A stretch of DNA of 64,000 nucleotides, taken from NCBI RefSeq assembly GCF_006345805.1, contig NC_043002.1, positions 104,966,001-105,030,000 of the forward strand, given 5' to 3'. The notes beneath the pieces were generated by a model. It saw nothing but the letters and a program-made list of their open reading frames with translations, made no database searches and was not told the origin of the DNA. A program made the translations under genes and the position numbers. This stretch comes from Octopus sinensis. Taxonomy: Eukaryota. Positions 63,481 to 64,000 of the stretch are shown here, one piece after another. Within the stretch, counting starts at the first letter, position 1, and every line of letters begins with the position of its first letter.

Positions 63481-64000
63481 ATGAACGATGAGGATGTGAT
63501 AATCGTGATAATGCTAGTGTCTTCAAACTAAATGGCACAAATATACACCTTAATACGTCATTGTAAAATCCATGTCCGATATTTGCTTAATTTACTTTAC
63601 ATAGAATTCGATTTCCGAAGGAGTGTGGAGTTGGATTACGTTCAGAATACCAATCTTAGATCTATTAAACCAAGAACGAGAACTTATATGGATCACAATT
63701 GTTTTTCATTTGAAAGATTGTTGATGGGCTTCTAGCTTCTGGATTGAAATAGTCAAATTCATAAGCTATTGCAACTTTCTTTTGTACTAAGTGAACGAGG
63801 ATTATTCTTTATTTTCTTCAAATTCTATATGAAAGATTTATAAATTTATATTTACCTATTTTATTATCATAACAACATATATTAATATAATATTGGTCTC
63901 TAAATTTGCAAATGTGAGCATTTAGACTTGTTCCAAATGTTAAGCATCCTTCCATAGGTATATAGTGAAATGTATACGTATACTTGTTGTAAAGCGAAAC

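Overview
AT-rich, microsatellite-saturated animal DNA. The SINE, LINE and microsatellite make-up looks like an octopus (coleoid cephalopod) intronic or intergenic region; this is inferred from repeat style, not proven. I found no complete host gene. The window is dominated by transposable elements. (i) A near-intact Penelope-like retroelement (RT + GIY-YIG, Naiad-type motifs, one frameshift) at about 7.9-10.4 kb, with a type I hammerhead-ribozyme-like fold in its 3' end. (ii) A 12 kb pile-up (14.8-26.8 kb) of five co-oriented R4/Dong-like non-LTR retrotransposons (RT + CCHC + restriction-like endonuclease) from at least three families, each abutting (TAA)n microsatellite. One carries an in-frame RT deletion that leaves a 537-aa endonuclease-containing ORF. 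A sixth lies at 40.6-42.2 kb. (iii) Four Tc1/mariner remnants, one full-length with TIRs and TA TSD. (iv) Many tRNA-derived SINEs, a Helentron-like non-autonomous piece and a tRNA-like Pol III unit. A few non-repetitive islands look like exons of unidentified host genes, including a minus-strand terminal-exon candidate with an in-frame UGA-C followed by a 56-aa extension ending in a PDZ-type motif. Most listed ORFs (YIYI, LSIY, poly-I/L/S/N) are microsatellite artefacts.
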